In this document: positions 1 through 9,842 of the stretch, in pieces
Layout of the letters: every line of letters starts with the position of its first letter
How positions within the stretch are numbered: position 1 is the stretch's first letter
Assembly: GCA_963760795.1 (NCBI GenBank)
Contig: CAVXEP010000022.1
Coordinates: 160,001 to 224,000 of the forward strand
Origin: an uncultured delta proteobacterium
Lineage (GTDB): Bacteria > Desulfobacterota > Binatia > UBA9968
Reading direction: 5' to 3'
DNA length: 64,000 nt
Position numbers and translations under genes: made by a program
Notes under the pieces: model-generated
Told to the model about the DNA's origin: nothing
Databases searched by the model: none
What the model saw: the letters and a program-made list of their open reading frames with translations, nothing else

Positions 1-306
1 GACGAAATAAATATTCGCGCCGCGCAGATTCGCCGTCAGCGTCGCCACGCCGTCTTGAGTGGCGAATTGGATATCGCCGGCGATCAGCGACTGCATGCCC
101 ACGGTGCCGCCGGGAAAAGCGATCAGCTCCATGTTGACGCCGTATTTTTGAAACAGCCCGGCTTGCTTGGTGACGTGATAATGACTGTTGGTCCCGGCCG
201 GCGCTTCGATGCCGATGCGCACCGTCGGCAGCGGCTTCTGCGCCCACGCTGTGACGCTGGAAAACAACATCACCATCAACAATCCGAGAAAGGCTAATCG
301 CTTCAT
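1..306 (-). CDS. ABC substrate-binding protein, NitT/TauT (SsuA/THI5-like) family, partial (runs off window start)
   Basis: Not in the ORF track; my translation from ATG 306 is MKRLAFLGLLMVMLFSSVTAWAQKPLPTVRIG...GLFQKYGVNMELIAFPGGTVGMQSLIAGDIQFA. Signal peptide and GAAGGAG RBS present. Confidence 0.85.
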   Translation of the reverse strand, partial: MKRLAFLGLLMVMLFSSVTAWAQKPLPTVRIGIEAPAGTNSHYHVTKQAGLFQKYGVNMELIAFPGGTVGMQSLIAGDIQFATQDGVATLTANLRGANIYFV

Positions 307-447
307 ATTCACACTCCTTCTCCTGTTGCGCCGTTGTAGCGGCTAGCAGCGAAGCGTGTCAAGTCACGTCTATCGGGTCTTCGGTTGCTCGATGCGTAGG
401 ATTCCTCTACGGTCGTTGGCGATCGCAGTCAAAGTGATCCATCCTTC

Positions 448-1668
448 ATGGCGCAGCAAGTCACACCCTGGCAAGTTCTCAACCAACGCGACTTCGGTCT
501 GTTCTGGGCGAGCCTGCTTTTTTCCGCGGTGGGCAGCCAAATCTCCACCGTCGCCATCGCCTGGCAAATTTACGAGATCACCAACTCGCCGTTTCAGTTG
601 GGGCTGGCGGGGCTATTCCGCGCCTTGCCGATTATGCTCCTGTCGATTCCCGGCGGCGTGCTCGCCGACCGCATGGACCGACGGCAGCTCCTGATCGTCA
701 CACAAAGCCTGGCGGCCTTGCTTGCATTAGCACTCGCGCTGCTGAGTTATTTCGGCACCGTGGAGGTCTGGCATATTTATGCCGTTACGTTTTTGTCGGG
801 CGCCGTGGGAATTTTCGACTCGCCGGCGCGCACAGCGCTGATTCCGACACTGGTGCGGCCGGAGCAACTGGCGACTGCCTACGCGCTCAACATCACCTGG
901 CGCCAGATCGCCACGCTCTCCGGTCCGTTCATCGGCGGAGCCATCATCGCGACGGTCGGTCTCAGCGCTTCCTATTTTATTGACGCGCTGAGTTATTTGA
1001 GCGTGATCGTCTGCCTCGGGCTGATGCGCGCAAGACCGGCCGCCGCATCCGGCGAAAAGCAAGAATCGCCGCTCGAAAGCGTGCGCGGCGGTTTTAATTT
1101 CATTCGCGACAACACGGCGATCCTAGGGCTGATGGCCATGGACACCTGCGTACAGTTTTTCGGCGCTTACCGTTCGATGATGCCGGTGTTCGCCCGCGAC
1201 ATCCTCGCCGTCGGCCCCGCCGGTCTTGGCGCGCTGCTCGGCGTGCCGGCCTTCGGCGCCCTCGCCGGCTCGGCCATCGTCATGGCGCTGGGCAATCCGA
1301 AAAAGAAAGGCCAGTTGATTATTTTCGTCACATTGATTTACACGGCGGGGCTGATTTCCTTCGCCTTGTCGCGCTCGCTGATCCTCTCGCTGGCGATTGT
1401 CTTTCTGCTCGGTCTGGTCGACGCCATCGGCGAAACCCTGCGCGATACCATGATCCAGCTGATCACTCCCGACCGTATGCGCGGGCGGGTGAAAAGTTTC
1501 GATCAAGTCTTTATGTCCGCCGGCACCTACTTGGGTCACGCCCAGATCGGCACGGCGGCGACCTTTCTCGGCGTCCCCGGCGCCTTGGTCATGGGCGGCT
1601 GTCTCGGCTCCGCCGGAGTGTTGCTCGTGGCCAAATTCGCGCCCGGTTTGCGCAAAATCGATGCCTGA
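448..1668 (+). CDS. MFS transporter (EntS/DHA3-like)
   Basis: About 12 hydrophobic segments, motif A GVLADRMDRR, C-terminal PDRMRGRV. Confidence 0.9.
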   Translation: MAQQVTPWQVLNQRDFGLFWASLLFSAVGSQISTVAIAWQIYEITNSPFQLGLAGLFRALPIMLLSIPGGVLADRMDRRQLLIVTQSLAALLALALALLSYFGTVEVWHIYAVTFLSGAVGIFDSPARTALIPTLVRPEQLATAYALNITWRQIATLSGPFIGGAIIATVGLSASYFIDALSYLSVIVCLGLMRARPAAASGEKQESPLESVRGGFNFIRDNTAILGLMAMDTCVQFFGAYRSMMPVFARDILAVGPAGLGALLGVPAFGALAGSAIVMALGNPKKKGQLIIFVTLIYTAGLISFALSRSLILSLAIVFLLGLVDAIGETLRDTMIQLITPDRMRGRVKSFDQVFMSAGTYLGHAQIGTAATFLGVPGALVMGGCLGSAGVLLVAKFAPGLRKIDA

Positions 1669-1680
1669 TCGCCAATGCGG

Positions 1681-2727
1681 TTAGCGCAGCCCCAACTCTT
1701 TCTGCGCTTCCTCGAGAAACGCCAGGTTGGCGACCTGGGCGTGGCCCACCTGCTTCTGCGATTTGTTGGCCTTGAGGGTTTGTTGAATGACATTTTCAAT
1801 CGCGCTGTCGCTTGCCGAGCCATTGGCGCTGAAAGTCTTCATCATCACCAGATAGCTCTTCTCGGCGATATCCGGTTCGATCTTCCACTGTTTGGCGATC
1901 ATCTCGACAACTTTGTTCTTTTCTTTGCGCAGAAACACCAGGCTCTTTACGAAGCCGCGCACCATGCGCTTCACCTGGCCGGGGTTGCGGCGAATCTTGT
2001 TGTCCGAGGTCACCAAGCCAGCCTGCAACTGTTCCTTAACCACGTCGCCAGCCCAAGCGATGACGCGGAAGCCTTCTTTCTCGGCGATGACATCGTAGGG
2101 CGGTGTGAACAGCGCTGCCGCCACCGCGCCGGCGCGCAGGGCGGCTTGATTGTTGGCCTGGCTGCCAAGCCCTTGCGTGACGATATCGCGCTCGGGATTG
2201 AGACCGAAGGAGCGCACGATCTCACGCGCGACGATATCCGTAGTACTACCGATGGAAGTGACCGCGATACTCTTCCCCTTGAGGTCGGCGCCGGTTTTGA
2301 TTTCCGGCCGGACGTTCAGAGCCAACGCGGGACGAATGCCGCCGAAGGCGAGCACTTTCACTGGCAGTCCAGTGGTCGCCGCCCGCATCATCGTGTCGGC
2401 CAACGTGGAATAATCCAAATCGCCCTGCAACAACGCCGGCCCAACCAGCCGCCCATTCATCAGGACGATCTGCACGTCGAGCCCTTCCTCGCGAAACAGA
2501 CCGAAGCGCACGCCGGCGTAGGACGGCAACTGGCTGAGCGCCGTGACCGGGATGGCCAGATTGACTGTCTCGAGCCGATCTTGCGCCCTTGCGCTGGAAA
2601 AGCATAACAACAGAGAAAAACTTGCCGCCGCCATTTTCCCGCCAACGCGACCGGCCAGAGAAAGGGTGGCACGACCCATACCGCTACCAACCGCGGTAAT
2701 GAACGATAATTTGCTGACAATCGACAT
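1681..2727 (-). CDS. ABC substrate-binding protein, NitT/TauT family
   Basis: GLFREEGLDV, DLKGKSIAVTSIGS, C-terminal LEEAQKELG; start chosen after GGAGG RBS (start uncertain). Confidence 0.85.
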   Translation of the reverse strand: MSIVSKLSFITAVGSGMGRATLSLAGRVGGKMAAASFSLLLCFSSARAQDRLETVNLAIPVTALSQLPSYAGVRFGLFREEGLDVQIVLMNGRLVGPALLQGDLDYSTLADTMMRAATTGLPVKVLAFGGIRPALALNVRPEIKTGADLKGKSIAVTSIGSTTDIVAREIVRSFGLNPERDIVTQGLGSQANNQAALRAGAVAAALFTPPYDVIAEKEGFRVIAWAGDVVKEQLQAGLVTSDNKIRRNPGQVKRMVRGFVKSLVFLRKEKNKVVEMIAKQWKIEPDIAEKSYLVMMKTFSANGSASDSAIENVIQQTLKANKSQKQVGHAQVANLAFLEEAQKELGLR

Positions 2728-2984
2728 TGCCTTTTCCTCCGCGGCTTCACCCAGCAAGCGCAAGTTGAAACTCCACACTGGTTATTTTCCATAGTTACCG
2801 CGCCGGCGCTTAAAGGGTCAAGGCGATTCGGTGGCGTTGTCGATGGGGTTTTGGTCACGTTCAGGAAGTTGCCCTGCGGCTCGGGCAACAGGGAATTTTT
2901 CTTGAATTCGCCGGCGTGGGAGATTAATGTCCGGGCGGTAGAGGCGCGATTCGCAGGCTGGTTCGAAACCTGTGGGAAACAGCG

Positions 2985-3980
2985 ATGGTCGACAAACAGG
3001 CTCGATTCATATTGGCTTGCTGCTTGATCCTTGCCGGTACGCCGTGGACCGGTACGCTCCAAGCACAGGAACGCTTGCGCCTCGCCTGGGCCGGCGGCGC
3101 GTCCAACGCGACGGTGTGGATCGTCCAGGACAAGGGTCTGATGAAAAAGCAGGGGGTCAACGCCGAGTTCATCTCAGTCAACGCTAGCCCGATGGCGCTG
3201 CAGGCGTTGCTCGCCGGCGAACTCGACGTCATCGTTACATCGGTCACGACGCTGGTCAATTCCCGGCTGACCGGCGCCGACGTAAAGATGATTGTCGCCA
3301 TCGTGCCGACCTTTCCCGCCCATATCGTCACGACGAAAAACATCACCGACGTCAAACAACTCAAAGGCAAAACCGGCGGCGTCGGCCGCGCCGGCACGAC
3401 CACCGAGATCGGAATGCGCCTCGGGCTGGCGCGCTTGGGCGTGGATCCGAATTCGGATGTGAAACTGGTGCCGGTCGGCGCGACGGCAGACGCCCTGGCC
3501 GCCTTGTCTAAAGGCCTGATCCAATTCGCCATCCTAGTCGAACCGTTTGTCCGCGAAGCCGAGAAGTTGGGCTTCAAATCGCTTGTCGACATCGGTTCGT
3601 TAAATCTGCCGTTTCACTGGAACGCCGCGATCACCCGCGAGACAACCATACGTTCCAGGGCGCCCCTGCTCAGCAAGCTGACCCGCGCCTTGGTCGAGGC
3701 GATCCATAGCTTCAAGAGCGACCGGGCGTCGACAGTCAAATCGATCAGTAAATACACCCGCATCACCGACGCCGACAGTCTCGACAGAACCTACCAAGCC
3801 TTCAGCAAAATTTTACCGGAGACACCCCTGCCGGCGGCAGATGGAGTGAAAAGTTATCTCGATTTTCTCGCGCCCACCCGCCCCGAAGCGGCGAAAGCCA
3901 ATGCCAACGAATTTGTCGATCTGAGCTTTGCGCAAGAAGTCCAAGCGTCGGGTCTGATCAAACAGTTGTACGGCAGGTAG
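2985..3980 (+). CDS. ABC substrate-binding protein, NitT/TauT family
   Basis: Signal peptide (LQA-QE), QALLAGELDV, LKGKTGGV, C-terminal GLIKQLY. Confidence 0.88.
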   Translation: MVDKQARFILACCLILAGTPWTGTLQAQERLRLAWAGGASNATVWIVQDKGLMKKQGVNAEFISVNASPMALQALLAGELDVIVTSVTTLVNSRLTGADVKMIVAIVPTFPAHIVTTKNITDVKQLKGKTGGVGRAGTTTEIGMRLGLARLGVDPNSDVKLVPVGATADALAALSKGLIQFAILVEPFVREAEKLGFKSLVDIGSLNLPFHWNAAITRETTIRSRAPLLSKLTRALVEAIHSFKSDRASTVKSISKYTRITDADSLDRTYQAFSKILPETPLPAADGVKSYLDFLAPTRPEAAKANANEFVDLSFAQEVQASGLIKQLYGR

Positions 3981-4067
3981 ACGATGCCATTGGCAGCAGC
4001 ATTTGACGAGTTGCTTCAAAACCCGTTCGTCGGATAGTGTCGGTTGGTCGAATCCTGGAGGTGCTCT

Positions 4068-4910
4068 ATGCCCTACGCAACAGTTCGCGGTGTCAACATC
4101 AACTATCAAGTTCTCGGCAATAGCGGTCCCTGGGTCGCCCTCTCGCCCGGCGGCCGGCGCGACATGAGCGGCATCGAGCTGCTCGCCGGCGAAGTCGCCA
4201 AACGCGGTCACCGCGTCGTCATCTTCGACCGGCGCAACACCGGCGCTTCCGACGTAGTCATCGACGGCAACGATTCGGAGTACGAGATCTGGGCCGACGA
4301 CGTTCATGAATTACTCGGCCAACTCGGCGCCCTACCTGCCGTCGTCGGCGGCAGCTCGTCAGGTTGCCGCACTTCCCTGCTCTTCGCGCTTCGTCATCCC
4401 GAGTCCGTGCGCGCGCTTTTACTCTGGCGGGTGACCGGCGGCCGCTTCGCCTGCGAGCGTTTAGCCGAAGAGTACTACGGCCAATTCATCACGGCGGCCG
4501 GGAGTGGCGGCATGGCCGCGGTCTGCGACATGGATCATTGGAAAGAAAGAATCGCCGCGCGTCCGGCAAACCGCGACGTATTAATGAAAATGGAGCCGCA
4601 GCAGTTCATTCGAGTCATGTCACGCTGGCGCGAATATTTTCTCAAAGGCGCGGATCTGCCGGTCATCGGCGCCACCGAAGCGGACCTGAAATCGATCCAG
4701 GTACCGGCCTGCATCGTCCCGGGCAACGATCTCACCCATGGACGGCAAACCGGCGAGACTCTCGGTCGCCTGCTGCCAACCAGTGAAGTCCACGTGCTGT
4801 TTCCCAAGCACTATGACGAGCCGCTCAGCCCGCGCGAACAATGGGATGAAAAGGCCGGCGACATGGCAGCGCTATTCAGCGACTTCCTCAAACGCTCGAA
4901 TGTACAATGA
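4068..4910 (+). CDS. alpha/beta-fold hydrolase
   Basis: DRRNTGAS, nucleophile elbow GSSSG, GNDLTH; GGAGG RBS before ATG 4068. Confidence 0.85.
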   Translation: MPYATVRGVNINYQVLGNSGPWVALSPGGRRDMSGIELLAGEVAKRGHRVVIFDRRNTGASDVVIDGNDSEYEIWADDVHELLGQLGALPAVVGGSSSGCRTSLLFALRHPESVRALLLWRVTGGRFACERLAEEYYGQFITAAGSGGMAAVCDMDHWKERIAARPANRDVLMKMEPQQFIRVMSRWREYFLKGADLPVIGATEADLKSIQVPACIVPGNDLTHGRQTGETLGRLLPTSEVHVLFPKHYDEPLSPREQWDEKAGDMAALFSDFLKRSNVQ

Positions 4911-4913
4911 GTT

Positions 4914-5021
4914 TTCACCACCAAGGACATGGTTCGACTACCCTGACGACGGGCACCGGCCAAGAAGTTCGAAATCTTATTCAGTCGAAACCTTCTTGTC
5001 CTTCGTGACCTTCGTGGTGAG
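4914..5021. repeat. Family A intergenic palindromic repeat (CACGAAG/CTTCGTG, 9-bp period)
   Basis: TTCACCACCAAGGACA...CCTTCTTGTCCTTCGTGACCTTCGTGGTGA matches the copies at 26117 and 29411; left arm interrupted. Confidence 0.75.
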
Positions 5022-5065
5022 AAACGATTCTCATTAAGCCTTAGCAATCACCCAAGGAGACAAAA

Positions 5066-5746
5066 ATGATCGAACCGTTGGACGCACTCAGAGATAAAAT
5101 GGTAATGGTCGCCAAAATATTGCAACACCAAGGCGTCATCGATGGCTACGGCCACATCACCGCGCGTTTGCCGGAAAATAGAATTCTCAGCACGCCGCAT
5201 ATGCCTCCGGGCAAAGTCGCCGTGCGCGATCTGATCATCCTCGACGCCGACGGCAAGAAGCTCGAAGGCTTCGGCGCGCCCAACGGCGAGACCGCCATGC
5301 ACACCTCCATCTACAAAGCCCGGCCGGATGTCCAGTGCATTCTGCACTACCACGCCGATGAACTGGTCGCCGTCGCCGCCACCGGCCAAGAGATCAAAGT
5401 GATCTCCAACTGCGGCGTCAACTTTCACCGTGGCACGCCAATTTACGACTCACCCGTGCTGATCCGCAATGAACAGCTAGGCGACAAAGTCGCGGTCACT
5501 CTCGGCGACAAAGTCGCCGTCCTGTTGCGCGGTCACGGCGGCACCGTGGTGGCACAGAACCTAGACCAGCTCTGCCGTCTCGGCCTCGACTTCGTGCGCG
5601 CGGCGAAAATCCAGATCATGGCCGCACCGCTCGGGCCGGTAAAGGTCCATTCAAAAGAGGAATGTGAAGCGATGACTCGCATCGAGACCCGGCCCGACGT
5701 CCATCGGCGGTTTATCGACTATTACGTTTCCGAGGTTGTCGATTGA
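5066..5746 (+). CDS. class II aldolase/adducin family protein
   Basis: GHITAR, ETAMHTSIYKARPDVQCILHYH, LLRGHG metal-binding motifs. Confidence 0.9.
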   Translation: MIEPLDALRDKMVMVAKILQHQGVIDGYGHITARLPENRILSTPHMPPGKVAVRDLIILDADGKKLEGFGAPNGETAMHTSIYKARPDVQCILHYHADELVAVAATGQEIKVISNCGVNFHRGTPIYDSPVLIRNEQLGDKVAVTLGDKVAVLLRGHGGTVVAQNLDQLCRLGLDFVRAAKIQIMAAPLGPVKVHSKEECEAMTRIETRPDVHRRFIDYYVSEVVD

Positions 5747-5936
5747 ATGCGGCCAATCTCGGTGCGTATTCTGGTCTCCGCGCACGTGCCGGCGCCGCGC
5801 CTTGTTAATGATGTGTACTTAGCTGGACTCATGATGGAGCAACTCTAGTTACACCGTCTGTCAACCGCAGATACAGCGGAGGCTTCGCTTGCCGCGAGTT
5901 AAAGGAAAAACTCAGCGGATTTAGTTCGTCCATAGC

Positions 5937-5952
5937 TGGAACATAGTTTGCT
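5937..5952 (+). promoter_or_regulatory. putative sigma-54 promoter
   Basis: TGGAACATAGTTTGCT (GG-N10-GC), about 47 nt upstream of ATG 5999. Confidence 0.6.
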
Positions 5953-5998
5953 AACCAATCTCGTCAGCAATTCAAGATCAGAAGGAGGTCAACAAACC

Positions 5999-7024
5999 AT
6001 GGCTGATAGAGCTAAAGTATGCATCGACCGAGTGTTGCCGCAACAAGTCATGCAACCGCAACGGACAATGAAGAGTCGCGGTCGGGACCGTGCCATATCA
6101 CCGATTGGCAAAGCCTGGATGAACGGTTCGGATCTGAAGGTTCGATTCATGGGCGGTAGCACAGCCGAACAAACAGTGGCCAAAGAGCAAGCGTCTTGGT
6201 GGGGCGCTGTCGCCAATCTCAAGTTCGATTTCAATAACGCCGCCACCGCCGATATCCGCATTGCCTTCGATCCCGACGACGGCGCCTGGTCCTATGTGGG
6301 AACGGACTGCAAAAGCATCCCGGTCAATCAACCGACCATGAACTTGGGCTTTCTCGACGGCGGCACCGCGGCCCACGAGTTCGGCCATGCCATCGGCCTC
6401 GCCCACGAGCACCAGAACCCGCGCGGCGGCATCGAATGGAACGAACCTATGGTGATCGCCGAGCTGGCCAAGTCTCCCAACTTCTGGGACGAGGCCACAA
6501 CTCGCCACAACGTGCTCCGCAAATACACTATCGACCAGATCAACGGTACAGAGTTCGATCCTGACTCGATTATGCTTTACTTCTTCCCCGCCTCTTGGAC
6601 GCTCAACGGGATCGCCACCAAAGCCAACGACATACTTTCGACAATCGACAAGCAGTTCATCGCGGGCGCCAAGATGTATCCCAAGACCGGCGGAACGACA
6701 TCGACAGCGGTGGAGTTGGAAGTGAACGCCGCGCGCCGCACCGCGGCTGCCATCGGCAAAGTCGGCGAAGAGGACCTGTTCCGTTTCACCGCCCCACGGG
6801 ATGCGCGCTACTTGATCGATACTCGCGGCCCCACCGATGTCGTCATGAAACTCTTTGGCCCCAACAGCGAAACCGCCCTGATTGCCGAGGATGACGACTC
6901 GGGCATCGACACCAATGCGCTGATCGTTAGAGATCTGCTGGCCGGCAACTACTTCGTGCAGGTGCGCCACTACAACCGCGCCAACGGCATGGGTAATTAC
7001 ACGATCAAAGTGCGGCGGTTATAA
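5999..7024 (+). CDS. metzincin (astacin/M12A-like) zinc metalloprotease with C-terminal PPC-like domain
   Basis: HEFGHAIGLAHEH zinc motif, Met-turn SIMLY, C-terminal EDDDSG...GNYFVQVRHY...GNYTIKV; GGAGG RBS. Confidence 0.88.
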   Translation: MADRAKVCIDRVLPQQVMQPQRTMKSRGRDRAISPIGKAWMNGSDLKVRFMGGSTAEQTVAKEQASWWGAVANLKFDFNNAATADIRIAFDPDDGAWSYVGTDCKSIPVNQPTMNLGFLDGGTAAHEFGHAIGLAHEHQNPRGGIEWNEPMVIAELAKSPNFWDEATTRHNVLRKYTIDQINGTEFDPDSIMLYFFPASWTLNGIATKANDILSTIDKQFIAGAKMYPKTGGTTSTAVELEVNAARRTAAAIGKVGEEDLFRFTAPRDARYLIDTRGPTDVVMKLFGPNSETALIAEDDDSGIDTNALIVRDLLAGNYFVQVRHYNRANGMGNYTIKVRRL

Positions 7025-7070
7025 ATAGGCCCCGCTGGGTTTCCCAGTGAATTTTGACTCGCTTTCTCAA

Positions 7071-7110
7071 CCTTGCCGGCAATGCTGATTGACGAGCATT
7101 GCCGGCAAGG
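7071..7110. terminator. 16-bp perfect hairpin, probable terminator
   Basis: CCTTGCCGGCAATGCT-N8-AGCATTGCCGGCAAGG downstream of the protease; no strong U-tract. Confidence 0.5.
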
Positions 7111-7212
7111 AAGACCTCGCACCGTTCCGCTCACCACACCTTGCTTGCGCGCCGACTGCCCACGTAATGTGCCAGCCATCTTCGCAAAGAGCACCATTCA
7201 CGAGGGCATGAA

Positions 7213-8653
7213 ATGAGCGCCGATCGCAATCCCTTCGCATCTACATCCCCAGACATAAAAACCACCGCCGCATCCGCCGAATTCGTCGAGCAGATTACCT
7301 TCGACGCGATTCCCGCCGAAGCGTTGCGCATCGGCACCCGCTGCTTGCTCGACGGCTTGGGATTATTCGTCGCCGGCTCGGCAGAGCACACAGCCCAACT
7401 GCTGGTAGAAGAAGCGGAACAATCCGGCGGTCGCCCGGATGCGCTCTTGCTCAGCCGTGGCAACGTCAAAGTACCCGCGCCCATGGCGGCGCGCGTGCTC
7501 GGCGCCGCCGGCCATGCGCACGATTGGGACGACAGCCAAGTCAGCGTCGATTCCGCCCATGTCTATGGTCTTTTAACTCATCCGACCATTCCGCCGCTAG
7601 CGAGCGCACTGGTGATGACGCAGAAACTCGGCGGCATCGACGGTCAAGACATTCATGCTTGCTTTCCTCACCGGTTTCGAAGTCGAATGCAAGATTTCCG
7701 AATGGATGCTGCCGCAGCATTATTTGCGCGGCTTCCATTCCAGCGGCACCGTTGGCACATTCGGCGCTTTTGCCGCGGCGGCGAAACTTTTGCGATTGAA
7801 AGGCGAACAACTGCGCAGCGGCTTCGGCATCGCCGCCAGCTTCGCCGCCGGCATTCGCTGCAACTTCGGCACCATGACCAAGCCGCTCCATGTCGGCCGA
7901 GCGGCGGAGAATGGCGTGACCGCGGCACTGCTCGCGGCGCGCGGCTTCACCGCCGACCCCGATGCGCTCGACGGCCCCTGGGGTTACTTCGCCGTCCAAG
8001 GCGGCGGCGTCAGCGCCGAGAAAATCTCCCAAGGTTTCGGCAAAACCTGGACCATCGTCGAGCCCGGTGTTTCGATTAAACCCTACCCGTGCGGTGTGCT
8101 CACCCACCCGACCATCGATTTGATGTTGAAACTGGTCAGCGACCACGATGTAAAGCCGGACGATATCGAAACGGTAAAAGTCTACGCCGGTTCGAATATC
8201 TTGAATCCCATCCGCTACCCCATCGCGGCCAATCATCTGCAGGCGAAGTTCTCGTTGCCGGCAGCATTAGCTATGATCGCGCTGGCCCGCAAAGCCGGCA
8301 AGACCGAATTCTCCGATGCGTTCGTCGGCGCAGCCCCCATGCAAGCAATGCAAAAACGCATCACCACCGAACTCGACCCCGCGATCGAAAAAATGGGCTT
8401 CGACAAAATGCGCTCGCGCATCGCGATCAAATTGAAAGACGGCAAGCAGGTTGAAGGCTGGGCCGACGAACGCTACCGCGGCGGCCCGGACAATCCGCTG
8501 AGCGATGCGGAGCTGGAGGCAAAGGTGCGTTCCTGCTGCGAGAACGTCATCGATGCAAGCAGCCAGGCAAAATTGATCGACGCGGCATGGTCCGTCCGCA
8601 AACTACTGGACGCCCGTCGACTCATGATGCTACTAAATAGTATCGACGATTAG
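7213..8653 (+). CDS. MmgE/PrpD family protein (one apparent frameshift near 7645)
   Basis: GHAHDWDD and HPT in ORF 7213; RGFHSSG, TKPLHVGRAA, IKPYPCG, AKFS, GGPDNPLS in ORF 7655; removing one base joins them. Confidence 0.88.
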
Positions 8654-8710
8654 TTTGATGGGAGTGTCTAGCGCGGCAACGCGTAACCAAGATTCACAAG
8701 GAGATTACTT

Positions 8711-9838
8711 ATGAAAATTTCCGACATCGAAATCATCGAGCTGCAAAACATTCCCGTCACCCCGCCGCTGTTCAAACAGCCGCTGCGCACCGGGGTGCGG
8801 CTTTTGAAACTCAAGACCGACGACGGGCATGTCGGCTTGTCGCAGATCGGCGGCTTCTTGCACGCCGCTACGATCGCCGCGATCAAGGAGGAGCTTCTGC
8901 CGTTCCTGAAAGGCAAAGACCCGCTGGAGAACGAGCGCCTGATGCATCAGATGCTGTGGAAGTTCAACACCCGTGCCCATGGCGGCGTGTGGAATTATGC
9001 CGTCAGCGCCATCGACGTGGCGTTGTGGGACATCAAGGGCAAGTTTTATAACACGCCGGTGTGGCGACTGCTCGGCGGCGCACAAAAAGCGATCCCGGCT
9101 TACATTACTTTCGGTCTGCGCGCCTACAGTCGCGACGAATTGGCAGCCGCGGCCAAACACTGGCTGGCGAGCGGCCAGAGCCGGCTTAAGGTTCAAGTCG
9201 GCCGGGTCAACATCCGCGGCGAAAGCGACCCGGGCGGCGCCAGCGCCGAGCACCGCAGCGACAATCCGGCCGAAGATGTCGCGCGCATGAGAGCCGTGCG
9301 CGACGCGGTGGGCGACGATGTCGAATTGATGGCCGATGCCAATTGTTTGATGAAGCTCGATACGGCGGTGCGCTGGTGCAAAGCATTCGAGCCGCTTAAC
9401 TTGACCTGGTTCGAAGAGCCGATCATTCATAATGATCCTCACTTGCTCGCCCAACTGCGAAAGCAGACCCATATCCCGATTGCCGCCGGACAGTGGGAAA
9501 ACTTCTCGCGCCTCGCCGACTTGGTGCGCGCCGACGCCGTCGATTTTCTCAACATCCATGTGCTCTCGGTCGGCGGTTTCACCATGGGTATGAAGGCCGC
9601 GGGCTTGGCTCAGGCATTCAATTTGCCCATCGGCAACGGCGACCAATTCGACTTTCACCTCCACGCCGCCGTGCCCAACGGCTGGCGCGCCGAGATTCAC
9701 GTCAATAATTGGCTGACGACAAACGCCATCTACAAAGGAGTACCGACGCTCGCCGACGGGTGGGTCACGCTCAGCGAAAGAGCCGGACTTGGAGTCGAAC
9801 TCAATGAGGATTCGGTGAAAGAGTACCGGACCAAGTAA
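8711..9838 (+). CDS. mandelate racemase/muconate lactonizing enzyme (enolase superfamily) protein
   Basis: SAIDVALWDIKGK, ELMADAN, WFEEP, GLGVEL. Confidence 0.9.
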   Translation: MKISDIEIIELQNIPVTPPLFKQPLRTGVRLLKLKTDDGHVGLSQIGGFLHAATIAAIKEELLPFLKGKDPLENERLMHQMLWKFNTRAHGGVWNYAVSAIDVALWDIKGKFYNTPVWRLLGGAQKAIPAYITFGLRAYSRDELAAAAKHWLASGQSRLKVQVGRVNIRGESDPGGASAEHRSDNPAEDVARMRAVRDAVGDDVELMADANCLMKLDTAVRWCKAFEPLNLTWFEEPIIHNDPHLLAQLRKQTHIPIAAGQWENFSRLADLVRADAVDFLNIHVLSVGGFTMGMKAAGLAQAFNLPIGNGDQFDFHLHAAVPNGWRAEIHVNNWLTTNAIYKGVPTLADGWVTLSERAGLGVELNEDSVKEYRTK

Positions 9839-9842
9839 AATA

